A stretch of 64,000 nt of DNA. Origin: Podarcis vaucheri. Taxonomy: Eukaryota. Positions within the stretch are counted from its first letter, which is position 1. The number at the start of each line of letters is the position of its first letter. The stretch is from NCBI GenBank assembly GCA_965113315.1, contig OZ220364.1. One strand, 5' to 3'. The notes beneath the pieces were generated by a model. That model searched no databases. It worked only from the letters and a program-made list of their open reading frames with translations, and was not told the DNA's origin. The translations under genes and the position numbers were made by a program. This document shows, piece by piece, positions 12,501 to 24,873 of this stretch.

Positions 12501-15500
12501 AGCATCCTTTCGGCCGCCTCCCGTTTAGCCTCTGCAGCACCCGGAGCCACTGGCCAGCGCCTGTCACGTCTGGTCCGCGCCCTCCGGCAGCAGCTGGTAA
12601 TCGAAAGTGAGACATTTTTTTAAAAAAAATTAATAAAGCATCTTTTGTCCGCTGCGAGAACGGGAATAATCCACACCGAGGCAAACCGGCTCTCGTTTCT
12701 TTTGACTTTCTAACCTCCCTTGTGGATACATATTATTAAAGTGAATTTTGAAAATCCTGAAAAGAATGTTACTGACTCTCGTCTAAAGCCCAAAGTAAGA
12801 CCAAGAATGGGTTGTATTGCAGTATGAGAAATATGCATACCTAAAACATAGGTTGGAAATTATTTATTTTTTAATGCAATAAGTTATCTCGTGTCTGTTT
12901 TGGCTATCCAGCACTCTGAAGGTCGGAATGGCTGGCTTCTGTCTTTTAATCTCGCCAGTCTAGTAATATAAACAATAGAAAACAGTAATTCTGCTTTAAC
13001 CTGTGTTTCTGATTGCCTACTTTGTTGTATACTTAAACTATTTTGAAGAATCAAAAAAAAAATTGTAGCTGATATTATCTCTGAAGTATAGTGAATTTGT
13101 CCAGAAAACAACAGTTGGGATCAGTCTTACTTAGGCGAAGATTCCCTATTCTGCTTATCTTCCCCATCCCTATTTTTTTTGCAGTTTGAGCCTATGTGTG
13201 TCTATTCAGAAGTAAGTTATTTATTTATATTTACATATAGTATTACAATTATATTCTGCCATTTTTCCAAGGAGCTCAGGATGGCATACATGGTTCTTTC
13301 TCTCTCCACTTTATAAGGCTAGTTTAGGTAGGCCAGGCTGAAAGAGTGTGACTGGCCCAAAATCACTGGGTAAGCTTCGTGGCTGAGTGGAAATTTGAAT
13401 CAGAGCCTCCACAGTTTTATTTGGACACCACATGCTGATTCTCTGTAAAAATAGCTCTTCCCAGGGTAAGGGTGTTAGGATTGAACCTTCAGAAATTCTC
13501 ATTGTCTGTTTTGGGCTAAATGACTTTTTGTAATGCTACTGTAGTTCTTTTCACAGTACTGTATCTGTTGTTGGATCAGAAGAGATTAGTTTACACTTGA
13601 CTCCTTGTCGGAAACAGTTTTATATAATGTTATGTCACTGTCTTGCTCTGGCAAAAAATGTTTCCCTGTATTGAAAATATTTATACCCATTTTCTTTTGC
13701 TTGTAAATACTGGTTTCTTCATCAATACAATTTCCCCCTGCATCTGTTCTGGGTTCTTGTGTGTATAACTACTGTAAATGCCACTCAGTGTGGTGCTTTG
13801 TCCTGCGACTGAAAAACCCTGCAACTAGAAAATAACTAATTGGTGGTTTAGCTGATCTGTGACTATTGTTATTGTATTAATTTAAGGAATTTGCTTAGCT
13901 CATCCAACAGACAGCGAGTAACCAATGTTTTCTGTCTTCTTATCTAGCAAGACAGACTTGTTTATTATAATCATGCCTTAAAATGATAAAACCATTAAAG
14001 GCAATTAGTGTTAGTTCATTTTTTAGTGAATTAGTCAAATTGTAATCCTTGACACACTTAATCTGGAAAAAAGTCTCATTGAACTCTGCAAGACTTAATC
14101 ATTTGCAGGAATTAATCGTTTTTTGCTTTTCTTAACTGGCACTATGAGGCAAATGTAGCTTGTATGGTGCTTAATCTCTTCGCATTATTAATTTTCCAGC
14201 TCAAATCCCATATTCTCTTTTATATTTTGGTAGTTATGGCTTCTGAGGAAGAAGAAGAGATGGTCACTGCAGAGATGGGGTCACCAGCCCTCCAGAAGAA
14301 AAGTTCTCTGGCTGGGTCATTAGACCATATTCCTAACAGAATAGGAAGCTCACTGTCTCCTGAACCTTCTAGCAATAAGGCAGATTCCCAGGATTCCAAA
14401 AGTGAGTCTGTCTTCTGTTGAGGTTGCTGCTGAGCCTTGTCCATGGTGTATGTGATGGTGACAGTCCCATTAGGTGGCTTTAATGCAGATCTGAACCCTT
14501 TGATTATCACTTGTTTTACAGAGTGGTGTCACTGCTTATAATTTACACTGTCTCTTGGTGAAATAATTTGAAAGGTTTCATGACTAACAAAAGTATTGTT
14601 CACATGAAAAAACAGCAAAAAGAATTCAGTGTGTTTCAAAAGTTTGCAATGTTTGTGTTAAATACTGAGAGTTTAATAAAATGTTTCTTTTTCAATATGT
14701 GGTGAATACAGTATACAGTATTTTCCATTTTATTTTTTTTGCTTTATGTGAAAGTACATTGTGAGGAACAGCAATGAGCTTACCAAATAGCTAATTAATG
14801 AACATATTCAAATATGATCTACCAACATTATGTACCATTATTGATTTGGGGGTTGGGGTATTTATCCCATTGCCTGTTACAGTGTACAGCCAAATAGCCA
14901 TTTTGTGGTTTTTCTTCATTTTAAAGGAAATGTAGAATATATGCTGTGAGGGATCCTAACTTTCTGAGTTAATATTGTAATGCTTTTGAAACCAAGAAGA
15001 GATAAATATTTCTGATTTCAGCTTTAAAATGATCACAAGTAGCCACTTGGTATAAATATTATTTAAAGCATTTTTACCCTACTTTGTGGCTGAAAAGGCT
15101 CACAGCTTACAGTCTAAAAGACACAATACCAAAGGAAAAATGAATGAGGAAGGAAGAGAAAAATGAGGAAATTCAGGCATCAATTCTTAAGGTTACATTG
15201 TAGCTCTTATAATGACCAGCTGAGATGGAAACAATTCAGGGAGAAGAGGGGTCTGATAAAGCTGGTATCTCAGCAGACAATCAAATGGCCCTCCTATATT
15301 TATCTCTGCTACAGTCTGATGGAATAGACTTCATTGTTTTTGACTGTATTTGGGTAGGAGAATCAGGCCGTGATACTTGAAATGTTACTGAAAATAAGAA
15401 TTATAATGTTTTGTGAACAAGGAGACTAAAGGGGATATTTATAGTGTGGCTTTCACCAACTTAGAATAAGGCGCATGTCATCAATTTTGTGTGAGAACAC

Positions 15501-18500
15501 AGGTCAAAGTGATGGTTGCAGGGCGGACTAGTAGTTGTGATGCTGATTTTTGCAGAAGGAATTTGACCATCAAGTACCATTTTTTACTAAAGCTTAGTGA
15601 AGTCATCTGTTGCAAAATAAAGAGCCAGTCTATTTAGCGAGTCCAATGCTAAACTGATGATACCTGGCTTGTTTATGGAGCAGGGTCCAAATCAAGATAA
15701 CGTGGTGTGCGCTTGTGCTCTACTGACTGGTAGCAAAGGCAGTGTGGGGTTAAGCTTAACCTTGTCTCAATAAGTCACTCTCCTCTTTCCAGCACCAAAC
15801 CTCACAACATGTGAGGTCTGTGGCGTCTGCTTCGAGACCCGCAAGGGCCTGTCCAGCCATGCCCGTTCTCACTTACGTCAGCTCGGTGTGGCTGAGTCTG
15901 AGAGCAGTGGAGCCCCCATCGACTTACTCTATGAACTGATGAAGCAGAAGGGCAAAGTGGACAGTGGCCCCATCTCTCCAAGTCTTAGCAAAAAATCTGC
16001 TTCTCCCAAAGAAGGGACTGCAGGGTCCTCACAGCCGACACTGCTGCCTCCCAACAAAGCTACGGAACGGCCGCAAGAGGCACCTATAAACAAAGCAATC
16101 AAATGCCCTCCAGGTTTCACCCCCAAGAATGTTGCCCAGCCAGGATCTCCCATACTCAAGAAAGTGACACCTGCTCTGCCTGGTTCTCCTCTGCCAAAGA
16201 CCCCCGAAGACAAAAGCCCCAAGCTACCGCTGAGCCCTCTGCAGAGTTCTCCTAAAGCACAGTGGTCACAACCGGAGGAAGAAGGCCCCTTAAACCTAAG
16301 TGAGTCTGTTTGATGCTGATCCTGCTTGTGAACAGGAGAGCTGGCTTGCAGTTTGCTGCTGCAGGGAGCTCTTGTGTTTCACATTACCTTGTAGCGTGAA
16401 CCAGTGTAGGGCTGCCCACCCCAAGGCACATTTTACACCTATGGGCTCTGCACAGGCTGCTTGCTTCATTCGCACATACGGCATCTTGCATACACCACAA
16501 TAAAGGAAGGGCATAGAGGACTTATTGCATAAGTTTGATCTCCTGCAAAAGTGTCCCTTCCTATTTCTAGAACAACTGGTGAACTTTCACTGTGATCCTT
16601 TAGTGTTGTCCCGAAGGGTTTCTTCCCTTCTCTGAGCTGGGTGAGCAGGAGTTTTTAAAAATTATTATTCCTAGGCACCTTTTTAGTAAATCTCTTTTCC
16701 TCAACTGGCTCTTCCCCGAAACCCATCTCTAAGAGGGTCAGTCACATTTATTTTATTCATTGGATGGGCCACAAAGCCTTCCCATGTGTCTTTTTGATTT
16801 GTGCCTGGAGATTTTTAAACTCACTAGTGAAAGTAGGGATGTTTATCTCTTGAAGGGAGAACAACTATAGACACTATATGTTTCTTTCCAAAGCTCTGAG
16901 TGAAACTTTTTTCAGAAGAAAAGACTGAGAGACCCTCTGAGATCTTCTGCATAGCTGTTCATTTAAAACCAAAATTCTTAGCAATCTTTCAGAATAAAGA
17001 GTGAGGAATTTAGTGCTCTCAGGACCTAATTAAAAGCAATTTCTGCTGCATCTGAGCCATTGCTTCCCCTGTTGTACATTATCTGTTTGCCCTTCTTCTC
17101 AGGGCCTATAGTAAGGCTTGTGGACTTGCAGCTGATGTTGGAGTTTGGAGACTAACATAATCTGTGCTTCTTTTGGGCTATAATATTCAACAGTGTTTTC
17201 TATTAAAGCTGGCAGAACTGGCACAAGCCACCCAGTATCCCTGCTTCAGTCTTGTACAGTGTTCTCTTGCATTGGAAGGAAATAATAGAAAATCAGCACT
17301 ACTTCTGCCATTTCAGTCCTTTTTAAAAGCCGTTTTGCAGCTGTTGCTGGCGAAGGAGTAGTGAGTTCTCACTTGGTGTGATGAGGCAGAGGTAAGGAGA
17401 ATCGTAAAGAGAGGGGAATTTTCTGGTGCGCTTGGCTCAAGGTACCAAGGCCAGTCCTATCTGGGGGTGGGGAAAGCTAACAGTGCACAAGGTGTGGTAT
17501 CGTCTATTGATCCAGCAGCAACAAAGTCTTCAGCATTAGTTGTAAGGAAGTGTTGGATGACATCCTGACCTGTCCACCCCACAACTGAGTTCCTGCTTCT
17601 TTCATGAGGGAACCTTCAATTTAAAAGCCCCTTTTCCAAGTCCCGTTTGCCTTCTTCTCTAACTGCATTGTCATGGGCCGCAGATTCTTAACATAATATT
17701 GTGGTGTCAGTTGAGCACTGGAGTTCTTAGATATGTTGTGATTCTTCCTCAAGCATACAATTGAAAAACAGTTGCTGAGAAAGTCAACACCATTTATACA
17801 GCTGCTTCCCATTCCCATTTTGAGGTGTAATCCATTCCTAAACATAACTCTTTGCCCCAGGCATTGATATTTTACCTGCACTTCATATTTTTGAAATTGC
17901 TGTGAGAACCTTTGCTTTTATTGTTCTTTGCTTTTATTGTTTTTTGCTTTTAGGCTCTGCCTTGGCTGATAAGATTTTGAACTGTTTCATCCGGTCAGTT
18001 GTATATGAAAGTGGAGGTTTATAACCAACAAACTTTGCAATTTTCTAGATAGCTTACATGACTTCTTTGAGCATTCCTGGGAATTTGAATTTGCTTGTGA
18101 TGGAAATTGGCATAAATCTGCATGAACTAAAATAAATTCTTAAAGTGGCAGTTCTGCCCTCATTGAGTAATAACAGCTGTCAATTCTGGGTTCAACCCAT
18201 TTCTTCCTAATGGCTTATACCACATGCTGCTGGACTTTGTAAGAGTCATAGCACTGAAAACATCACTGCTGTCCATCTTTATTTTGAAATCAAACCCAAA
18301 GCTTAATAGTGGATCGAAGAAGCCTCATGGACCTTACAGGCATGAGAAACAATTACAGTTTGGAAAGTGTTGTATTTAACATTGTGCCATTGTTGGGGAT
18401 GAGCATTTACATTAAGATTCTTCAGTCTGAAGGATTGAAATGGTAGGCAAAAATGCAAATGCTTTGGACCTCTTAAATTGACGGTTTAATTTTTTAAGTC

Positions 18501-21500
18501 ACTCTTTCTGATTGCCACATTGCTTTTCCAGCATGAACCCAGCTGGCAGCCTGAAGTGTTGCTCAGTCTGGGACTAGGGCTGTCTGACACTCTGCAGTTT
18601 TTGACATTGCTGTTTTCAAAAGTTACTGGTGTCTGAAATGCCTGATGGTTTAAGCTGAGATGGAAAAGGCTTCAGCATCATGTTTTCAGGAAAGAGAGTG
18701 TTTGAAAACTTGACCTGGGCCACTAAAAGGAAATCTGGTTAAATGCAAGTCTTTTGAGAGAATTTCTGCTTAACTGTTAAGCCAGCATCAGTGGGTACAG
18801 GTGAATAACTTGGCTTTCCTTTAGGGCTGCTTGCTAAATCCTACTAGGAAACCACTTTACCATTTCTGGAGTGAGAAATGGGGTCTTTAGAACAAAAAAA
18901 GGAACAAGATCCTTTTCAGGTTGTAACGGGTACTTGAGACACATCAGTTGTGTGATCGTATCTATTGTGATCAATGTGTTCTTTTTTCCGCAGCTGTAGA
19001 TAGTGACTCGGGCAGAGAAATTGACTGCCAGTTATGTGGTGCCTGGTTTGAAACCAGAAAAGGGCTGTCGAGTCACGCTAGAGCCCACCTGAGACACCTG
19101 GGAGTGAGCGATCCAGATGCTAAAGGATCTCCTATTGATGTTTTAAATGATCTCATCAAAAGCGAAGACTTCAAAGGCCGCCCTCCCTCTCTCCTCCATA
19201 GCGAGAGAGAAACATTAGGGGAGACTGGGAGCTCTGATGGACCCAGCCCAAAGAGCACAGCTACAGCAGCGCCTGCCACAGGCATGAAACAAGCACACGC
19301 ACCAAGGCCTTTGGGCAAACAGCCATCTGTACTCTCACCTCACTCCCCTCCACCATCCAAGAAGTTGAAGCCACATGGCCACAGGCTGTCAGCTGCGGCC
19401 AGCCTGCAAAGGAAACAGGGTCTTTCTTCCAGTGCGTACTGGGCAGCAGATGCTGAGATGGCTCCACTCAATCTCTGTAGGTTCTATCAGCACTGGCTCC
19501 TGTCCCCTCCTCTTCCTCTCCCCCTTCCTAGTCTTGTTTATGTGACATGGAGCTGTACGCTTAGAAATCCAGGCCCCTTGCCATTTCCTGCCACCATGTC
19601 CAGTAAGCAGCAAAGGGTTGGGGAAGCAAGCATTTTGGCCCACATGCTTTTCTTGCAAAGCTTTTTCTGAAATGTATAATGCAGCTTTCTCAGCTGGCCT
19701 GTGCGTGTGCTGAAGTTAACTCTTCCCTGTCCGGGTATTTTCTTCACGGTTAGATCTTGCTCCAAATGGATGGCATCTCCCTGTCCCAGATAGGAGAAAG
19801 CTATATGGTTGCTCTTCAGTTAAGAGTATCACAAGACAAGTGTGGATTCAATCTGATCTGCTGCAGATGGAAGGGGAATTAATTAAGCAGTTTGAAGGGA
19901 AGAGTGTGCAATCTTACATAGCCTGAGCCCTTTGGTGGCCATTGGTTTGAAATTGACTGCTGCATTTTTTACAGCACTCATTGGCTTTGTTTAGCGTCAG
20001 CAAAATGCTCAGTACTGATGTGTTTCTCCATGGCATTTAATGTCTTAGCAGTTACAGAGCAAGGAAGAAGATTGCTTCTGCCAATTACAATTTTACCAGG
20101 GCTTTAAAGTGGCACTGCGACCCATTTCAGAGATGGAGGTTACAACTGCCTCAAGGTGGTGGGATTCCAGCTATTTCCCTCCCTCAGTGCAGGGAGAGTA
20201 GATGAGACCAGTCAAAGTGTGATCTGCATACTGCTGGCTTTAAAGCTGTTAAATAGCCATGGGCACCCCATATGGAATGGTGTGTTTCACCCCTTTGCAC
20301 TAGCTGTCCTGCATTACCTAAAGGAGGCTGCATGGCTCAAGCTTACGGTGGCAAATACAGAGCACTTGGTGGTTCTTCCCCTGACACACATTGGGAAATG
20401 AGTCTTCTCTGAACTTCCTGACAGGGAGAATTAAGGCATTGAATTCTGGGACGGGAAAAGGTATTCAGCATTTCTCATTGTGGGATTTCCTATTCAGCTG
20501 TACAGCAAATGTACTTTCATCCCGATGGGTGGCCCTTCGTTTTGAAGGAGACAGTGGGATCATGGAGAAGAAACTGGCCTTCATGCCCGATTCCTTGCAC
20601 GCACATGATCATCTTCCTTTGAAAGCTTGATCAGGGTGCGAAGGAAAGCACACAGCTTCTGGTATACCTCCTCGCTAATCTCATGACATAGGACCAGCCA
20701 TTCTCAGCATTTTTTATAATTTGTCAGCACCTGCTCTTCACTGTCTCCTGTCATGTATCCAGTGTCCCCTGCTCTGACCACATCCTACCCCAGCTTTCAT
20801 GCTTCACAGGAATTGTTGGTGGTTTGTTTTTTTTAATTTTTTTCCCCCTTTGGCCAATCTTGTTAAGGTATCAGCTTTGTCTTGTGTGAATTCCTTGTGC
20901 TATGTGCCTGCTTCATACTGCCTTGTAAGGGAATAACCTAGTTGGTGTCCACGTCACATCCTGCTCCCTGCCCAATCCCTTTTTCAGCCTCTGTAATGGC
21001 CTGTCTCTCCTCTCCTCTTTCTCCTCAGCCTCTGGAGCAGAACCTGTGCGGGATATCAGGTGTGAGTTCTGCGGTGAATATTTTGAGAACCGGAAAGGGC
21101 TCTCCAGCCATGCCAGGTCGCACCTCCGCCAGATGGGGGTAACTGAGTGGTATGTGAATGGCTCTCCCATCGACACCCTCCGAGAAATCCTAAAAAGGCG
21201 AGCTCAGCCTCGGACCAGTACCTCCAACTCCCCAGCACAGGGTCAGAAATCACTTGCTCTGTCTGTTCTTGGAGGCTCCCTGGAGTCACGCGGTCCAGGG
21301 GAGAGCCATGTGCCTCCCATGCCTAAGAAGGCACAGCAGCCAGGGAGCCCTTTGGGGCACTCTCCTACCTCTTCTCCCCCAACTGCTAGAAAAATCTTCC
21401 CTGGGCTTTCTTCTCCCTCTTTGCACAAGAAACTGAAACAAGATCAGCTGCGTATGGAAATCAAGCGGGAAATGATGTCTGGGGGACTTCATAATGATTC

Positions 21501-24500
21501 ACATCTATCTGATAGAGCTTGGTCACCGCGAGAGGAGATGTCCCCACTCAATCTCTGTAAGTGTTAGCAACAGGGGCTGTATGCATAAGCCTTTGGTGAT
21601 GGGCAAAAATGCATGTTGGAATGGGTGTGAAAGTGAAGAATTGGGAATTAGGGCTACATGATTTTTTTCCTCAGTAAACAGGGTGCTGCTGCCTAGTAAT
21701 CAAGATCTCAGGTAGCATCAGCTTTATGCTCATGCATTCCTGCCTGAGATTCTGAGAGCTTGTAACCATGTTGTATGGATTCCTTGTAAGATTGTAATTA
21801 GCAATTGGCCTTAGTACAGTGAGAAACTTTCTGCGTTTCCTGATTGGCAAAATAAATGCAAATATTCAGATACTCCTGTCTCCAAATGTGCAGTCACTCT
21901 AGACCTAACAGAGTGTTGAGAAGCATGCTAGCTTCAGGCATGGAGGACCCAGACCTGGAACCTGTTCAGCCTTTAAATTAAATGGGTGGCTTATCAGATA
22001 TAAGTGAGATAAGTAGTTCATTTTGTCTGTCTTGTTTTGAAAAGCACTGCAGAAATAAATAAGAAGGTTGTGAGAGGTGCATGACTGGTTGCTAATTACT
22101 TGCCTTTGAGTGTAAAGCATTCTCTGTGCATGTTGATTTGTCTTTTGCAGCCTCTCGTGCTGACCCCGTGCGGGATATTCGGTGTGAGTTTTGTGGTGAG
22201 TTTTTTGAGAACCGGAAGGGGCTCTCCAGCCATGCCAGATCTCACTTGCGCCAGATGGGAGTAACTGAGTGGTCAGTCAATGGCTCCCCCATCGACACGC
22301 TACGGGAAATCATAAAGAAAAAGAACAAGCCGTGCTTGATCAAGAAAGAGCCAAACACAATGAGCATTGAGCTTCCGCAGCCCATGGGGGAGGATGGAGC
22401 TGATCCTAAATCCCCTGGGAAAATGCTGCAGCCCATGGCCTTGTCCCCGCTGGGCGGGAGGACTGGGAAACCACACCTTGGTCGGGAGGTTAGTCTATCA
22501 CCACTCAAGTCACCAGAGGGCTTCTTGGCACCACTCTCCACTAAGCGCCCGCTGCCAGATGAGCGGCTGAGCGGCCACAGTGAAGTGAAGCAGAAAACCT
22601 ACATCCAGACGGAATTGCCATTCAAAGCCAAGCATGTGCATGACAAGCCCACTCATACATGTAAGTGCAACCCCAGAATGGGGGAAGGGATAAGGTTGGG
22701 ATCCTGATAAACCTCGGTATTCTATTTCAGGGCTTTCCCTTATGAAATTGAGTTGCTTTCAGGCTTGTTGGGGGTGGGAGGGTAGAAGCAACAGTGTAAA
22801 TATGGACCTTATATAAAAGGTATTCCACTACAGCCTTTAGAAAAACCTTTTGATGCGAGGCAGCGTCCTGATAGGTAGGGGTTTTTTTAACATGTAGTGG
22901 GCTTAGAGTTAGCCAACAACCCTGGTGTAGTACGTTGCCTCTTCTCCTTCCCTGGTATCAGCTAGCCTTTATGCATCCTCTGGCTGGTAGAGAGTTATTT
23001 CATTATCTTTAGGGATTCAAACATTGGGCAAATCAGTAAATGGTGTAAACTTCCATGTCTTCGGCCATATGGCCAAAGTGGGCAAAGGTATGCATCTTGC
23101 CTATTTATGGGCAAAGGATTCTGGGGTTTGGTTTACTTGACTTGTGGGCTACAGGTGATGGCAGTGCTTAGAAGTTTCAAAGTGGGCTTTTCGGGCTGTT
23201 GGTATCGATCCCTGAGGATCCTTTGTGGGGAAATAAGAGTAGTGCCATGGAGCAAATAAGTCCTGGTACTCCACACTTGAACTGTTACTGCTTAAGTCCT
23301 TTACTGAAGGTTTTGCTCAGTCTAGCTCCCTGCCATTTCTGCTCCCAGCCACCGAAGCCTGCTGTGAACTGTGTGGCCTCTACTTTGAGAACCGCAAGGC
23401 GCTGGCCAGCCATGCTCGTGCGCACCTCAGGCAGTTTGGAGTGACTGAATGGTGTGTGAACGGCTCCCCAATCGAGACTTTGAGTGAGTGGATCAAGCAT
23501 CGTCCCCAGAAAGCCGGAGCCTATCGCAGCTACATTCAAGGCGGGCGGCCCTTCACCAAAAAGTTCCGCAATGCATCTCACGTGCGCGACAACGATGCTT
23601 CTGGGAAGAGGGCTCCCCTGAGCCTGCAGGCAGGCAGCCCTCCACTGGCAAACAGAAGCCTCGGTGGGGAGATAGTGCCCAGTGAGCCTAGCAAAGCTGT
23701 GGATGGTGGCAGTGGCAGTGGCGGCAATGGTGGTGATCGACCTGCAGTCACGTCACCTCTGTCGCTGGTAAAGATGGAGGAGCATCAGCAGCATAACATA
23801 AACAGTGAGTCATTTCTTTTTCAACACAGGGCCCATCTGGGTACAAGGCTTTCTGGGCAGTCGGGAGGCCTTCTTGAGGCGGCGGCTGTATCTTCCTGGG
23901 GGGTAGGAGTGGTGGCAGTGAATGTTCAGGCACCCATCTAATTTCTCAGTGTTCCCAAATCATTCATTGGCCCCAGTGCTTTGGGTAGCTTCAGCTAAGG
24001 GCCTCAGAGAAATTCCTCAACGGACTGGCATGTAAAGATCTTAGTCATGGGGAGATGCTTAGCATGACAATGCTATTCCTGTAGCTTCCCCACTCTCCCG
24101 CATGACTTCTAGACTTTCTCCTGCCCCACCTTTCTTTTTTTCATAAAAATGTTTTCACAAAGTTCCTTTTTCATTCCAAATACAGCGCAGCCAATGCTGT
24201 TTCTATATCCCAGCATCCTTTCTGAAACAAATTCCCCCCCCCCCCCGTTTACTAGAGTTTGAACGGAGGCAGGCCAAGCCCGTTGAGGCTCCTCCACCTC
24301 GAGAAGAGGAGATTGCCGACCTGCAGCAGAAGGTTGAAGAGGTCCGCCAGCCGCCTCCCAGAGTGAGACCTGTGCCCTCCTTGGTTCCTAGGCCACCGCA
24401 GACCTCCCTGGTGAAGTTTGTGGGCAACATCTACACGCTGAAGTGCAGGTTTGTGCCATTGTTCCGTTTTGCTAATCCCCTTTTCTGCAGTGAAATTTGA

Positions 24501-24873
24501 ATGGCTTTATAGTGTGGGCAGTTTGCTCTTAAACCTGTTATAGGCAACAATCTTCTTGTAGCAGGCCTCTTAGAGGCAGGGCAAGAGATGGGCAGGAAAC
24601 CTCAATTCCCACACACCCCTTCCCCACATTCTACTTTTGGAGGGTTTCCCCATGCGCTTCGAGATGAGCCAATTTTCAGCTTGGTCCAAATAGACTTTTG
24701 TGTTCTCTTTGTGCAGGTTCTGCGAAGTGGAGTTCCAGGGCCCCCTCTCCATCCAAGAGGAGTGGGTGCGGCACCTCCAGCGCCACATCTTGGAGACTAA
24801 CTTCTCCAAGGCCGATGCTTTGCGAAGTGGGACCGATGTGCCTGCAGCACCACCTGTAGCCGAGGCCCAGTAG
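990..24873 (+). CDS. WIZ: WIZ (widely interspaced zinc finger protein; G9a/GLP and CtBP partner), multi-exon gene span; 5' exons of the long isoform may lie outside the window
   Basis: Ten exons join in frame with GT-AG sites: 990-3535, 3782-4147, 14234-14401, 15793-16299, 18994-19476, 21029-21556, 22151-22660, 23349-23804, 24256-24448, 24717-24873. Peptides match recalled mammalian WIZ ([65 protein letters not shown]). Synteny with AKAP8L/AKAP8 agrees. Confidence 0.97.
3782..4147 (+). CDS. WIZ: WIZ exon, finger 6 (VANFDPSTFSLMRCEFCGAGFDTRAGLSSHARAH)
   Basis: ttcacAG|TTGCA acceptor, G|GTAAGC donor; 366 nt, phase 1-1. Confidence 0.95.
6690..7147. mobile_element. Old palindromic MITE (probably hAT-type) interrupted by the Sauria SINE and the Tigger-like element; remnant continues at about 8705-8740
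   Basis: Removing both insertions gives tggcccttcagatattgctggactataactcccctaatccctgaccttaggctatgctaattgaggatgatg, which aligns by eye to the uninterrupted copy near 44288-44408. Confidence 0.65.
6755..7111 (-). mobile_element. Full-length Sauria SINE (Squam1 type) with 13-bp target-site duplication
   Basis: (ACCTTT)n tail appears as aaggtaaaggtaaagg at the left end; the tRNA-like head with B box appears as ggattcgaacc near 7040; TSD ATCCCTGACCTTA at 6742-6754 and 7112-7124. Confidence 0.9.
7414..7622. repeat. About three tandem ~69-bp inverted-repeat modules (TTTTAAAATGCTGGGGGTC...GACCCCCAGCATTTTAAAA)
   Basis: Seen directly, separated by the linker TCTCCCCGTGTCC(C/T)GGGAAGA. Confidence 0.9.
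7628..8370. repeat. GC-rich 60-bp minisatellite, about 12.5 units, inside the Tigger-like element
   Basis: Unit TTCCGAAGTGGGGAGGGGGGTCGGGAACACCTGGCCCCGCCGCCCCACTTCGGAAAGCTC starts at 7628, 7689, 7748, 7808, 7868, 7928, 7981, 8041, 8101, 8161, 8220, 8280 and 8340. Confidence 0.97.
11800..12690 (+). promoter_or_regulatory. CpG island / internal promoter of short WIZ isoform
   Basis: Sharp rise in GC and CpG against AT-rich flanks; YY1 consensus CAAGATGGCGGC at 12058-12069 overlaps the ATG. Confidence 0.85.
12062..12161 (+). CDS. WIZ: WIZ alternative first coding exon of the short isoform (MAASTPSQPKATKAVAAPRPREDEASTGPPPEA)
   Basis: ATG in a CpG island (caagATGGcggc); consensus donor G|GTAAGT at 12162, phase 1, joins 14234 in frame to give a 1033-aa protein. 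The MAAST start resembles the recalled mammalian short-WIZ N-terminus. Confidence 0.85.
13217..13440 (-). mobile_element. Degenerate Ther1/MIR-related SINE (Squam3-like)
   Basis: ggctgaaagagtgtgactggcccaaaatcactgggtaag is the reverse complement of the core seen at 31250-31295; tail appears as ttatttattt. Confidence 0.65.
14234..14401 (+). CDS. WIZ: WIZ exon (VMASEEEEEMVTAEMGSP...QDSK)
   Basis: ttggtAG acceptor, A|GTGAGT donor; 168 nt, phase 1-1; resembles the mammalian GLGSEENAMVAMDLGSP exon. Confidence 0.88.
15793..16299 (+). CDS. WIZ: WIZ exon, finger 7 (CEVCGVCFETRKGLSSHARSH), ending in PLNL
   Basis: ctttccAG acceptor, A|GTGAGT donor; 507 nt. Confidence 0.95.
18994..19476 (+). CDS. WIZ: WIZ exon, finger 8 (CQLCGAWFETRKGLSSHARAH), ending in PLNL
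   Basis: ttttccgcAG acceptor, T|GTAGGT donor; 483 nt. Confidence 0.95.
21029..21556 (+). CDS. WIZ: WIZ exon, finger 9 (CEFCGEYFENRKGLSSHARSH), ending in PLNL
   Basis: ctcctcAG acceptor, T|GTAAGT donor; 528 nt. Confidence 0.95.
22151..22660 (+). CDS. WIZ: WIZ exon, finger 10 (CEFCGEFFENRKGLSSHARSH)
   Basis: ttttgcAG acceptor, T|GTAAGT donor; 510 nt. Confidence 0.95.
23349..23804 (+). CDS. WIZ: WIZ exon, finger 11 (CELCGLYFENRKALASHARAH)
   Basis: gctcccAG acceptor, A|GTGAGT donor; 456 nt. Confidence 0.95.
24256..24448 (+). CDS. WIZ: WIZ penultimate exon (KFERRQAK...VGNIYTLKC)
   Basis: tactAG acceptor, AG|GTTTGT donor; matches the recalled WIZ RPPQTSLVKFVGNIYTLKCR segment. Confidence 0.93.
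24717..24873 (+). CDS. WIZ: WIZ last coding exon, atypical C-terminal finger, TAG at 24871-24873
   Basis: tttgtgcAG acceptor; reads [33 protein letters not shown]...EAQ*. Confidence 0.95.

Noticed and set aside
12162-12610. Remainder of the 202-aa ORF and other CpG-island ORFs (also 32598-33330 and 59090-59657)
   Set aside because: GC-rich islands lack stops by composition; only the parts up to the splice donors have support.
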